Positions 21,067-34,825 of a stretch of 64,000 bases of DNA are shown here, piece after piece. The DNA lies in contig NW_004797465.1 in the NCBI RefSeq assembly GCF_000002075.1, positions 1,013,674 to 1,077,673 on the forward strand. The letters are read 5' to 3'. The notes below the pieces were generated by a model that was not told the DNA's origin, made no database searches, and saw only the letters and a list, made by a program, of their open reading frames with translations. Source of the stretch: Aplysia californica (lineage: Eukaryota). How positions within the stretch are numbered: position 1 is the first letter of the stretch; each line of letters starts with the position of its first letter. The translations under genes were made by a program, and so were the position numbers.

Positions 21067-23705
21067 AACAGGGTGGGAGCTGGAGGATGGTGAATGCTGA
21101 GTTTTCGTTGCCTTCTGTTGTCTGAAATGACGTATCATCGTGTTGGGGTCATCAGATGGTGTACCCATTTGAGAAAAGTAACCCTGTGGGATTTTTGTGG
21201 TTTTAAAAAAAAGAAAATATTTTAATAGTTCTGTTTTTGAAGAAAAGAAACACACCCTTTGAAAATGTTTAGTGAAAACAGTCAATCAATGTAAATTTTG
21301 TATATATTTTTGCATTTGTCACCTGTTTTATTGATGTATAACGGTCACTAATTAAAACAATTTGGAAGGGACAAATGCAGTTTCTGGGACGCTTGAATCG
21401 ACATAAAGTCTTTGGACATGTAGCTCTCACTTGACAAATAGAAAGTAAATGTGGCTAGTAAACCTAGAGAAACTTTTTTAGAAAATCTGAATAAATGAGT
21501 GACGGGGAAACACCAGGATCATGTGGGATTTTTTAGAGCTTCTGAAGGGAGAAATGAACGGAGAGCCATGATCACCGATGTTTGTTCCTGTTGTGACATT
21601 TTATGAAGATGATTACAGTCACAGCAGTATCGATACTGAGCTTGTCGGAGTTTGTCCCATGCCACCATACTGTTGGCCGAATGTGTGGATGTACTAATAG
21701 GTACCAGAAACTAAATTTTCAAAGTAGCTGTATGCCACATTTATCTGTTCCATTTGAAAGGCCTATATCCACTGAGCCTTTTGGTACCGTTCTTTAACCT
21801 TTCAGTCAATTTTTTAAAGAAAATGGTAGTTGTTTAAAATTTGATCAAATTTGTTAAAGTCAGTCACTGGCTGCAACCCCATGTTTGACAGACAATAAAA
21901 GAGTACCAAATGCACTAAACATCTCCACATTAACACAGTACAATCACTATAACAAATATATGGAGCCTAATTTTTTTCAAGACTGTGAGATCATTACAAA
22001 TCAGTATTTTATCGCCTCAAACACGATGATCTGTCGTTATTTCGACAAAAATACAGAGCGTTGACCCGGCCGGCGCCGCACCAGCCCCCGCGGCGAGCGA
22101 GTCGGCTCTATACTGTAGTGTACCCCGCGTGCGGGGTCACATGCTTTACGAGTCTTTTGGAAGGATTGATAAAAAATAATTCCAAATTGATTACTTTGTT
22201 CTTATAGGAAATGGACTGATCTCTAAATTGATATATTTTTTAAGCCGGTATTTTACATATTTTGCGTAAAAAGTGATCTTTAAACATTTTGACAGCATTT
22301 TTAAAAGCTTTCTATTTAAACGCCAAAGGCCAAATATGTACCACGGAAACCGGCCGATCACGCATTCCGACCGCGAGGGGCTTCGCTTTCGTCGGTGATT
22401 CTCCAGCTCCTAATAATCGGACATATAAACAACTTACCCCATTGTAATGAAGAAAAGCTGAACTTTTACAAGGTGTACGGCATTTGGTGTTTTATAGTGA
22501 AAGAGCAAAGAAGCAGCGATCGGAATTACCCCGATTTCACCGATACCACGCGGTCAGAAGGCCGCGAGTGCCTGCAAGGCCGTGTTTACGCTACCTAGTA
22601 CTAAGCCCAAAACTTTTGAACATATTTTTAAAATGGAAGTTCCTTATTCTGTGACCTGGGAAGGGGTTGGAAGGAAGAAGCTGAGTGTGTCGTCGCTGTG
22701 CTGTTACAGCACAGATCAGCTGTTTGTAATTTTGAAGAAAAAAATCAGGGGGGGAGAAGTTGAGAAATAAAGGCACATGTATTACCCTGCAGAACCCATT
22801 TTGTGATTGCTGACGATCCATTTCTTTTTTTATGTTTACATAATAAAATAGACACACCACTTCACTAATAGCAACAATGTGTTTCATTTCAATGCAGAAA
22901 ATGGGTTAAAGTGTGGGTTTCTGATTTCATCTGATTCGGGTAAATATAGTTCTTATTTTTGAGAGCAGAGAAAATAATAGTTGTAAAGCGCACAAAGTAA
23001 GCCTGCTGTAGAGTGTGGGTATGGGCTATATAAATGCAGTTAATATTATTATTATTATTATCAATATAGAAATGTGTGGTGAATCGTTGATGTATTCTGT
23101 TTTTTATCTTGCTCTCAATGATTGGGTAAAACAGATTCCCATTATCCCCCACAAAATTGTGGTACATGTTGGCTGTGTATGTACTCCTATTGCTCTTTTG
23201 TTTTCGCTGAATGATGCAACCTTGTTTATGCGTTTATGATGATTTTGTCGTGAAATGTATATTAACATTTATAAATACATGTCTATTTTTTAACATTTTA
23301 CAAATGTATGAGTGGGAGCAAGAAAACTCCACTTAAAGTTGCAAATACTATTTTTAAAATGTACGTGTTCAATCTTCAAGAGCTCCATAATACAGAGACA
23401 GAGAGGTTTATAAATTTTTTCAAGGTGTCTTTCATTCAAAGTATTGAATCAATGCACTATATGGGAACTTGGCGCAGAAGTGCTCATTTTGTATAATTTG
23501 TATTAATGATGAAAGAAATAATGAAGTTACATCTATATATATTTTCCATGGAATTCCTGAAGCAAAAGTTTGGCTCTTTATCTGTCTGTCTTTTTGCCTC
23601 TTTGTGTATGTTTGTTTGCGTGCGCATGCATTTATTTTTCTCTCTCTCTCTTGTCCACTTTCCCTCCTCTGTCCAAAGCAAGTGGCAACCCACTTTGAAC
23701 ATTAT

Positions 23706-24016
23706 GTTACTTACTTACTTACTTACTACCCATTACACCATCTGGCGTTTAGGGCAGCAACAAAGGATCTCCAGCTCTGTCTGTTTCGGGCCATCTTGGT
23801 CAGACTGATTCCAGGACTTCATTTCAGACTCTACTGTGCGTCTCCAGGTCACTTTGGGTCTGCCCCTCTTGCGACGTCCTTCGGGTGTCCAGTGGAGGGC
23901 AGTCTTCACAATAGAGTCTGGCTCTCTTCTCAGAACATGTCCAATCCATCTCCACCTTCTCCTTTTTATTATGGTTGTCATGTCCTCTTGCCTACATTTA
24001 CGTAACAGATCTGCGT
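23706..24016 (-). mobile_element. RTE-clade LINE 3' fragment with (TAAG)n tail
   Basis: ORF 23733..23981 reads IKRRRWRWIGHVLRR...ALHWTPEGRRKRGRPKVTWRRTVE, followed by (taag)n on -. Confidence 0.85.
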
Positions 24017-26146
24017 TAAGGGAATGAAAAAAGTATAGTACGGCACGGATAACTCAAACGTCATGTCGGGGATTAACAAATTGCTACCGTAGAATTACAA
24101 AGTTTTATCTGACATTTTGAGCCGTTTAGAATTACTAAGATCGTGAGGTCGGAAACCAAGTGCACTCTATGAAAATCGAAATATTATTTAATGTGTTCGA
24201 CACATCCATAATTTGGGTTAACGGATAACGAAAAGTTGAAGAGATATCAGTGAAGGAGAGGCACATTGTACGACTCACGAGCTGTCTGTAATTTCAATTC
24301 TTCCGTGTGCCCGGCTGTATGTTGAAAGAGATTCATGAAGCAGAAGTCCCACTTCTTGTTTCTCTTCATTGTCTGTCTGTCTGTCTCTCTGTCCCAGTAT
24401 GGAAATGCTATGGAGGGTTTCTGGGTAACTCTATTGAATCTCAATCTCATTCTGCTTTGCGCATCTTCTCTCAGCTGTAGACTTTTATTAGACAAAGCTG
24501 TGCATGACAGAAGGAGGTACTGGGAAGTGGAAGCAGTAGTCAAGGACTCCTTGTTTTGTTGCTGAGCATTTTTATCTATTTCATGTTGATTAAACATGAG
24601 GAGTATTCTGAAGAAAAAAGAAAAACAGCAACCAAAAGCCTCTAGAAAGTGAGCAATGTCCATGTTTTTATTTATTGAGTGATACTGAGTAGAAAACAAC
24701 CAACTTACTGTTTATTATTCACCAAAGACTGTTTATTTCTTTACATACATGGTATATATGTGTGTGTTTAGTGCCTTTCACCAAAGTTTTACATAAAAAT
24801 CATTGTTTATGTTGCAAGTTGATGGGGGGAAAAGAAGAATTTCAAAGTTCAAAGGATCGGATTTTTTTTTCTTCCTTTTTTTGTGTGTTGTTGTTGTCCC
24901 ATACGGTATGTATGGCAGTATGCTTCCCAGGAAGTTGAGATTGTTCCAGAATGCTGTCTGGTCTGCTGAGGTAATAATATAGATTGTAAAGCGCACAGAG
25001 CTTGATGTTGAGGAAGGAATTTCCGTTATCTCTATTATCTTTTATTAGACACATTCTGATATGTGAGGATTTAGCAAGAAATACAGTAAAACCTTTGTTT
25101 GAATTCTCTACATTTCTAAAAAAAAATTATTTCTTAGGTGCTTTGTGCGAGGCCATGCTACCTTCTCTTTTTGTCATAGATTTTTCCAGTGACTGTATTT
25201 TACAAGACGTAACAAGATATTACTGCTCTATGCTGTGAATTGTGTTGAATGTAATTATGTTCTTTTCTTTTGTTGTTTTGTTGAATTGTCTTTGAATTTT
25301 AAAAATCAGGTATTGATGTACTTAGATTTGTGATTATAATTATATTGTAGACTTGGCTAAAGATGATGTCAAGGTTTCACAGAGTGAACATGGATTTAAC
25401 AATGGAAATGATCTTATGATTTCCCACCTTCTGATGTTTGATATGATCAGGGAATAGAACACCCCTTCTTCCTGCCCCCCCAAATGAAAGAAATAACATA
25501 ACTAAAATGTTGGGTTTTTTTACTGCTGAGAAAGTTTATACACAACATTATAGGGGGGGGGGGGGTGTTTGTCGTACCTTTTTAATGACAACAGAGCAGT
25601 GATAGACTTGTAATGGCCTCATTGGATGGGAGTTTCCCCACCTGTCACTGCTTTTTTTTCTTTCATTGTCTTGTGAAGGGCTTTGGGCAGGACTGTGTGA
25701 AATTTTGACCTTTCTCAGGCAAGTTGTTGCTTTTTTAAAAAGTTAATTTTCTTTTCAGACAAATTTTTTTTCCTGTCAGAATGGTTCTGTAAAAAGTTCT
25801 AGTGAAAGAATTCTATTGACCGAGAAAACCTGATTATAGGATAGTACTGATTTTAGCATATTGGATGTTGTCCTGGGGACTGCTGTATTGCAAATTTTTA
25901 TCTTGGGACTTGCTTGTACTTTGTATTTTTGATAGATCCACAATGTATATTTACAAGCTTATACTTACTTATACCATACAGGGAAACAAATGGAAAAGTC
26001 CGAAAAGTGCTTAGTGTCAGTTTCCTCTCTGAATGATGCACTTGTACAAAATTGTATAAAAGTTATTCCCACTGTCTACTGTTCAGCCAAACCTCGTTTT
26101 ACCGCCACCCTTGAATGAGTAGTTACTAGTAGGTTGGTGAAATTAC

Positions 26147-26828
26147 CTGTCCTCGTTGGATTTATGATTATGCGATTGTGCGGCCACGGTGCGTCGCGTT
26201 TTTTTTGCGTAATTCTGCAACAATTGCATAATTTTGGATTCCCCGCGTTTTGTCACGTTTTTTTTTCCTTTTTTTTCTCAAAACAATTAATTAACGCCTT
26301 GCCAGATGACTGAAGGGAGGTAAACATCGTAATTAGTCTCATTTAAGGGACAAGTTGGCTATTTCCCTTGGTAGAAGATCTTGGTTAGCATGTTCAATTT
26401 TTCAGTCTGTCAAAATTCAAAAGTTGTTGTTCTCATGTCTGCTGATGTTTCATGTTTGACAGGTGTCCCTGGTTTTAGTTTTAGTAATGTGCCAGCATCA
26501 GAGGTCCAGATGTCCTTTTTTTAAATTTTTACTTTTTTCTTTCCTCTATAGATCTAGATCTACAGCTGAAAGTTGCAGAGATTATATTTTTTGGTTGTTT
26601 TTTTTTTTCTGACTGATGTGTATTGTTTTCTTTCCAAATACACAAGAAATTACTGATACTGATAAGTTCTGTTTTCCATTTTTCTGTACATAAAACATGA
26701 AAATCATGAATATTCTTGTGAAAAAAGTGCAAAACATGTCGCGAATGGTGTTACGGTAACTTGCTTAATTTTTGCATAATTTTGTGCTTAATTTGGCCGT
26801 CTAAATTTGCCTAATTCTACGGGGACAG
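26147..26828. mobile_element. Non-autonomous DNA transposon, imperfect TIR CTGTCCYCGT, 6-bp TSD AATTAC
   Basis: aattac|ctgtcctcgttgga ... ttctacggggacag|aattac. Confidence 0.6.
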
Positions 26829-28302
26829 AATTACAGGGCTGGCGGTTCTATAGGGTTCCTCTGTTATTTTTATATCCCGACTGCTGAACATCAAGGGACA
26901 TGATTCTGCTGGGCAATGTGTGTTTTCAAAAACGTCTTATTTTCACTGGTAATATAATACTTAACATACATGCACATGTATTCAGAGCCGAGATTCTTCT
27001 TTCTCTGTATCTCTATTTCTTTCTCGTGGGAGAAAGATAATTGTCAAATAGCCAACCAGTGGTTGTTGCGTGCAGTGTGTACCTTTGGCGGTCAATTCGT
27101 TGGGGTATGGCAGGGCAAATTTACTTCAGTTAAATAAGGGCCGAACAACTCAGACAGTTGGCGTATAGTGGTGTGAAGACATAAATACTACATTTATACA
27201 GGCGTTCCTTTTTGTAGGCCTACATTGACTAAATCTTGCAGTAAGCAGGGCTGGCGATACAGCATGGGGCAGACGAGGTTTTACAGTTATTCTTTTTTCT
27301 ACTTAAAATTAAAATGAAGTTGATAACTATTTGTTGTTTTTATTCTGCTACGAATGAACTGGGTCAACATACTAAGTTAAGTTAAGCTGTTTTTCGCCTG
27401 ACTTTGTTTTTACACTCTGTGTTACAAAATGTGGCATGTCTTTAAAACTGCTCAAGATATTTGAACACTTAAAAAATCAGTGTGTTCAGCATTGAATTTG
27501 CCACTCTTAATTCAAAATTTCCAACAACTGGGATCTTTCTCTAGGCACACACACATTTTCTTTTTTTTACGGAGGCAAAAAATCTGAAATGACCTCCCAT
27601 CAGTTGTAATGTCGGTGGGGGTCAGTCACAATTTCGACTGTGGTGCAACACCAGAGCTGGAGGTAACAGTCACACCGAGCGATCTGAACCTTTCTCTTCT
27701 GTTCTTGACGGAGTCTCCCAGGACTCCACAGTCCTCCTATTGTTTAGATGGGCCCAACGCTACGTTGTACAAATGATTTGTTCTTTATCTCTTTACTTTT
27801 AATAATGATACCGTATTGGTTCGAATATTGTTCAAAATGATCATTCCTTTTTTTTCTGTTGTTTGTGTACAGTTTACCATGTGTATAACTAAGAATTTAT
27901 TAAATTTCTTTGGAAAAATTGAGCTTTATACAAATTTACATATATGGAAATTTCTTGACAGAAATGTTTTTGGGGTCATTAAAGTCTGCCCTCTATTGAC
28001 TGAAGATGTAATAGTTAATGTGTCTTTTCTTATCCTAAGTCTGTTGTTTGTGAAATTTGTGTTTGATGCAACCCTCTTGCCAAACGGAAGTTTGTCAAAA
28101 TGTTTTTAACCCCCCTAGTGTCCAGCTGATGATGAGAAATCAGAAGAGTAGGTCATTAGTTGGCATTAAGCCACCAGCAAGGCAATTTTTTTGTATTATG
28201 TTTAATTCCCAACCATAATAAATATCCTCATCACACCTGTAATACTGTAAAATAACAAGACACCCTCTTAAAAACCTCCTTGATTCCAAACATAATGACC
28301 CA

Positions 28303-28519
28303 TTTCTTTCCTTTGGAGCATATCAAGGAAGTCCAGATCTGAAGGGAGGGAAGTCATACTTGAGCAATCTACTTCCTCAATGTCCGCTGCCCAGTCAAAG
28401 CTGTATCATGCAATCATCAATTATGCACACTGCTTCTCAATGTAATTCTCCTTCGGAGCCTATATCAAGGAAGTCAAGATCTGAAGGGAGGGTAGTCGTA
28501 CTCGGACAATCTACTTCCT
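28303..28519. repeat. Two ~75-bp direct repeats 144 bp apart, each self-complementary at its ends
   Basis: atatcaaggaagtc.agatctgaagggaggg.agtc.tact....caatctacttcct occurs twice. Confidence 0.75.
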
Positions 28520-29159
28520 GTATGTCTCCCGCCCAGGTAAAGCTTATCACATATCTGACAAAACACAAACATAACAGAACAGCGTCTGTCCACAGTTGAC
28601 AAAGTCAACTTCTGGGGGTTCACAGAGATAAGGCATTGTTCAAATAAAGACATCATCAATGGGCAACTTACAATACATGTACGGTTTTGCTATTTCCTTC
28701 GTCTTGGCCTTAAATAAAATAAATAAAGAGCGCCAAAGAGATGGTTCTGATCCGGATGTTCTCTTTCTGTTAAACTTTCTCTGAATTTCCCCAAAATGAC
28801 TTGGTCATGTGTGAAATGATACTGTCAATGTTCTACTTGCAGTAAAATTGACAGTGTTGAAAATGCTCCATAATTTATAAAGTTATAGTAAGTAACGCTA
28901 GGGGAAAATTACTCCCAGTGACTCAAAATCAAAAGGCACTCACACATGTGGTTGGTCAGTCTCCGAGTTTGAGCTCAGGAAAAGCCCATAAACATGACTA
29001 TGGTCATTCAGTGCTGGAAAATAGCTGGACAGACTGTGACAGAAACAAAGGGCAGAGTAAAGAAGTTAGACTTGGCCATGCCCATACATCACAATATGAG
29101 CGACTTCGAAACTTATTTTAAAAATGCAGATCACAGTTTAAGATTATGATGGGTTTTTT

Positions 29160-29615
29160 TAGTTTTTAGTTAGGTTTTACGGTGCCTCCAACTGCATAAG
29201 GTCATATGAGCGCCAAGGGGTGGATGTCAACATAGAAGTCCAAACGGGGGATTCAGGCTTACTCTGCTCACCTCTCTAGCCTCAACAGCACAAAGTCTGC
29301 TTCGACTATCACGGCACCCGAGAAATAGCATGCAGTTCACAAGAGAGTGACAAACATGCAAAAGAAGTAGAGGAAAAATGGCGATAATAAGGATTAGGAA
29401 AGAAAAAGAAGCAGTTCCCCCTATGTTGTTCCTGCACAGTGTGAGCAACATAGGGGGAACTGCTGCCTTTTCTACACAATAAGATCATATATGTGCCAAA
29501 GATTAGAGGTGTTACAAGAGAGCAATAAACACAAAAAGGAGGAGAGATAAGGACACTAGATTTCTGATAGAAAAGGAGGAGAAAAACCACACCAGAGCAG
29601 CTGCCAACCACCCAC
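29160..29615 (-). mobile_element. Adjacent family A (29469-29615) and family B (29160-29466) copies
   Basis: Direct sequence match to the other copies. Confidence 0.75.
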
Positions 29616-30233
29616 ACAGTTCATGATTTACTGTTACATAAACCAAGACAGACACCACTACATTATTAAATTTGACATAAATTTTTTTTTATTTTGTAGA
29701 TATATACTTTAATTGTACCTGGTACATATATACTATAAAGATTAACTACCATTATGATTATAAACATCCAAGAAATGTACAGACTATCATGGGATATAAC
29801 ACTGAAGATGTGAAAAATGTATAGATGGTTTGGTTTTTTTTAATCAATATTTACACACCTTTTTTTTATTGTTCCTTTTCCTGTCAGTTTTTTATTTTTA
29901 CAGGGTAAAAGTATATGCAGATTCATGCAATCTAACTTCTTGCATTTTACCATAATCTCCTCATGTATATACTTGCGGTGTATTTCACTGTAACAATACA
30001 GTACAAAAAAGATTATGCCCATAAAAAAAACAACCCAACCTTGTTCAAATTCAAAACCATGTTTTCTCTAGTACAAAATCAAGATATGAAGCCGGAGAGC
30101 TGTTCTAACAGAGTTTTAGGACAGGGTGATACCGACGTAAAAGGTAAATAGCTAATGGGTGCACAAAATAACATGTGCTTTAAAACAACATTATAATAAC
30201 CCATTCGAAAAACAGTCAGTGAAGTAATATTAT

Positions 30234-30238
<5 letters not shown>

Positions 30239-30279
<41 letters not shown>
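30239..30279. repeat. (TA)n microsatellite
   Basis: Read directly from the sequence. Confidence 0.95.
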
Positions 30280-30280
<1 letters not shown>

Positions 30281-31536
30281 GGTCGAACTTCCCAATCATG
30301 AGCATAAACATGTCCGCAACAGGCATTAACATGTCCGCGTGGTTCTGTAGCACTTTCATGAATTTGCACGTAAATCTCACGATTATACGGACAACAGTAT
30401 ATGTCACAATGCCATAAAACTACATGCTAAAAAAAAAAGCAGTGGACTACAACATTCAATTTGCATAAAAGTAAAGTGCTGTGAAGATAGTGCGTTGGCT
30501 TACGTTGCTAAAAAGAATGCCCAAAACAAAGAGGGACCAACCCACAAAAGGCACAAATCACTGGAAGGGTACATTAAAAAAAAAAACAACTACAGGTAAA
30601 AAAAACCCTCAAGTTTACAAATAAACAACTTTTTCACCCCAACGGTACAGCAAATAAGACAGAGGCAGTAAAAGCCACATGGCATTAACACAAAGTGATG
30701 ACAAAGCCAGCCCTAGTTCACAAAATAGATGCAGATTGTATATGTATATCTATATATAACACATAATGTACATGTATATATACGTTTACCAAAATACAAT
30801 ATCATGGACATTGGACATGTAAAAATATGAGCAAAATTAACACTTGGAAACAGCAATTAACCAGAACCACTAGACAGAAGCCGCAAAAGATGGATTATGT
30901 GTTTTGTCTTATTTCTATATCAGACCACTCTACAGACTATCGTCTCTAGATGCCTCCCACTCAACAGACAGGTCAAAGGTCATAACAATAAAAACAGGCT
31001 GTACTTGTCTCTAACACAACCACCAGTCTAGTACCCACGTACGGAAACATGCACAAAGCAAACAAATTTTCAAGTTCCAATTTTTTCTTACACATGATAT
31101 ATATTCTTTGTATTCAAAACATGTACATGGCCAACAGATGTTCAGCTCCATAAGTTTTTCTAATCCACATATAGTCTTTGTATTTAAAACATGTGCAAAG
31201 TAAAATACGTACCTAAAAGCAACCATGGTAAGCTATCATCATTCCCACCAACCCAAAGCAGCAAGTGATATATTCATTAGTTAGGAAAAAAAAATAATTT
31301 TAATACTCTATAAAAATCAAGCAAAATAATCCCATTACTGTTAACAAGTAAGAAACATACCACAAAAAGTAGAGCAGCGAGCAAACAGCAAAAATACAAC
31401 GACAACAAGGTGACGAACTAGTCTCGCAGTGGGCCAGTTAGGGCACAGACACGAGCTTCCACCTGGTGGCCAGAGAAAAACTTCACTGGCAGAAGAACGC
31501 AATGGTTGTCAATTACCGTTAGGCATCAGGAAAATA

Positions 31537-31716
31537 GGTTTGGTTTTAGTAAGAGTTTTACTGCCCTTGCAACACAAACAGGGCATATAAGTGCTTAAGA
31601 TTAGAAGTGTTACTAGAGAGAGTAACATTGAAAAAAAAAGAGGGAGAGATAAAAACGATGGTTGTTCGATACGAAAGAAGTAGCAAACCACACAAGAGCG
31701 CCCACCAACCACCCAC
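31537..31716 (-). mobile_element. Family A full-length copy in the presumed 3' UTR of the zinc-finger gene
   Basis: Direct sequence match to the other copies. Confidence 0.75.
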
Positions 31717-34700
31717 ATAAACATGCATTTGGATATAGAGATGTTCTGACATAAGCTGTTATGGATTTTTTTCTCGTTTCTACAAAATGGCAAGTTCCTC
31801 ATCAGCATCTGCTACTCTTTAACTCCTCAACAAAACAGACTCTGTTTATGAAACAAATGCCAATTCAAATTTGTATTTTTTATCAAAAGTGTTGTCGAAA
31901 AATTCACCATCTCCTTTGGAAAGTTTAACCAAAAAGAAAGCACAGTTGCTTGTAAGTAATGTAAGTAAGGCAAAGGCGTGTCGGAGAAAGACGTTGAGAA
32001 AGAACCGGTGTAGCGCAACCCACTGGGCAAACTGCCACTCAAGCTGGGCACAGGGAAAAGCTTTCCTCATTCAAAGTGATCACACAGAAAGCATTTGTGT
32101 GGCGTCATGGTGAAATCAGGTGTTCATCAAAGTAATTAAATAGGAGAAACCAACATTTTCTGGCCCATTGGGCATTTAAATCAATCTTGGTTTTTTTTTC
32201 ATGTCATCTTTCTAAAAACTGCATGGATTTTACAGAAAAATGAAAAAAGTGCAAAAAATGTTAATTTGCAGTTCCAACGACACTATACCTTTGGAAGCCA
32301 TCAAACTTTGTCGGCTTTTTTCTCACTAATTATACTTTGACACAAGGCAATACCAATCTCCTTCAATCGCAGATATCTTGACTTCTATTCAAGATAGATG
32401 GGTATTTTTCAAATTAAAACCAAGACAATCGAACAAGCTTTATGATGGTACCATTAACTCCATATGCCCCAAAATTGACGTGCGCCTGATCCCAACATGT
32501 CATAAAACATTTCCTAGCAACACATCATGGGAATATATGGATGTACACTCACACACTCGTACCATCGTACCAGGAGTGCTATTTCAAACATTTCAAAAAC
32601 ATGAACAGTAGCTGCAGGATGTACAGCAGAGTCCGCATAAATCAAACACAATTTATCAGAAAACAAGGGTTTACCGAGAAAAAATAAAATCCCCCTATTT
32701 ATTTTTTTTACTTTCTTTTTGAGCAGCCTCTCTAAACCCAAAACCCGGCTAAACCAAAAAAGAAAATCCAGCAGTCCCACTGACTTCCGTTTCAGCGGAC
32801 TCCACTGTATATAGTAAATCTTTCCCACATTCTTAAGGCCAGTGGGCCAACACCTCAGCCAGACACGCGGGCCGTCAGGGCGTGGCAGCTGGAGTCACAG
32901 GAACGTCACAAGACACGAAGGAAAGGACGACATCCTTGGTACGCTGTTCAAATGTTTTAAGCCCAGAAAGGAAAATTTTCAGGAGAAAGAAAAAATAATG
33001 TTTCATTCCCTTAATCTTGTGCTTGCTCCATATATCTTTTCTTGCTTGTTTTCCACATTTAGAATTTGAATTTCTACAAACTAGTTCTCAAGTACATGCA
33101 CCAGATACAATGGATTGAGAAAGTGCAACAATAAAAATATTTTCAAACGTCTGGCTTACTGCATCTGACCAGCTGGCCCACGACATCTTTTTACATCATT
33201 AGGTTTTAAGAAAGCATTCAGCAACATCAAAATCACTTGTCATAATAACATTTTCAAATATGTAGTTATCTTCACACACCTTTAAAAAAAACAAACAAGA
33301 TTTGACTGTAGCTGTAATAATCTCACCAGTGTTTTTGCAATATCAGGCTTTGGTTTTGCTGAGCCAAACACGTCATAAGGCTATCTACAAAATTTCCAAT
33401 GGAAAAGACAAAGACTGTGTTGTGTGAGGATTCTGCACTTCCCAATAACACTTTATAATCTGGACAACTGCACAAAATTCGGAACAAGTCCAGAAGATGT
33501 TTCCAATCTTTACCTAAAAGTATATATTTTTCCACATATATGATCAGTAATGCCCTTTTAAAAGAAAGTGTGTGCACAAAAAAGTATGAGTAGGCAGATA
33601 TATATATATCTTTTTTTCTTAATATACATTTGACAAAAGTAAAACAAAGTCCATCATTAGCCAGGCATAAACTAACTTATTGCAGTCTTAATCCTTTCAG
33701 AAATTCAATCAATCACAATAAAAGAGTAAACAAATGCAAAGCTAAACAGAGAAATGTACACAAAAAGCAGCATATCCACATGATGAAGCGCAACCGATGC
33801 ATGAACAAGCATTCCAAGATCAGCAGCGACAGTCTTTCCCCCCACCAGTTTCTGGTGTTCTTAACTTACTCGTTTCTCTCAAAACAAGGAAAAAGTGCTA
33901 AAAGTTTACTAAAAGCTGAACAACCAAGGCAATTGCTTGTTATTATATACCAAGGTTTTACTGTACCGCTATAATATATATTGTTTCCACAAAAAAAAAA
34001 AACTATTAAAAAATCAGTTCCCGCCGAATCTGACCATAACTTTCGGCAACGAGCAATACTGACCAAAACAACTTCCCAAGTACTCCAGAATAAGTAATCC
34101 TAGTCAGGCAAAAATATTCACATCTCTCTCCCTTACTTCAAAAATCTTCAAACTTTGTGAACAAAAACAACTTACAGCAAATAAGATGAAAAAATTCCTT
34201 GTGAAAATAAAACTGTCAGGAATCTTTTATAACCGAAAAACTATAAATCTAAAACCAGTAAATAAGAAAGTCTACAATATCAGCTGAAAGCACTACCTGG
34301 TTAAAAATGCTGAACACTTCGGACAACCACTGTTCATCATGTCAATCATAAAGAGTGTAAACAACTGAAAAAAATAATAATCATCAATCATCATCCTGAC
34401 TTCAGAAAATTTTTTAATTCAGACTCCAGTCCCTGGTCTAATATTGATGAGGAAGACAAAGAATCTAGGTGCGCAGCTTCATTTTATTCTTACAGGAGAA
34501 AAAATATTTTAAACAAAAATAACATCACACATACCCTGTCTAATTAAAAAAACCAAACAACAGACTATTTTTTAAACATAAACAGTTTTCGATCCCAACG
34601 GCAACATTTTGAAAATTAGTGTTCTTTAACCAACTGCACTCTAACCCAAGTTTGAATACCATTGAGTGAAACTTGGGCAGGAGAAAGTGCCTGGATTCTA

Positions 34701-34825
34701 TCCCAGCGGCAACATTTTAGAACTAAGCATGCACAGAAATGGGAAGTTTTGCACACATTCTTTCACATCCGGTTCCACATTGAGGCACACATATGCCCAT
34801 GTCGATCTGCTGGAATGGTATCAAG

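Noticed and set aside
20572-21285. 237-aa antisense ORF
   Set aside because: It is the shadow of the GAY/GAR-rich terminal exon and its duplication; no independent signal.
22015-22590. CpG-rich block as a CpG island/promoter or MITE
   Set aside because: Only a 7-bp inverted end match and no TSD; cannot be assigned.
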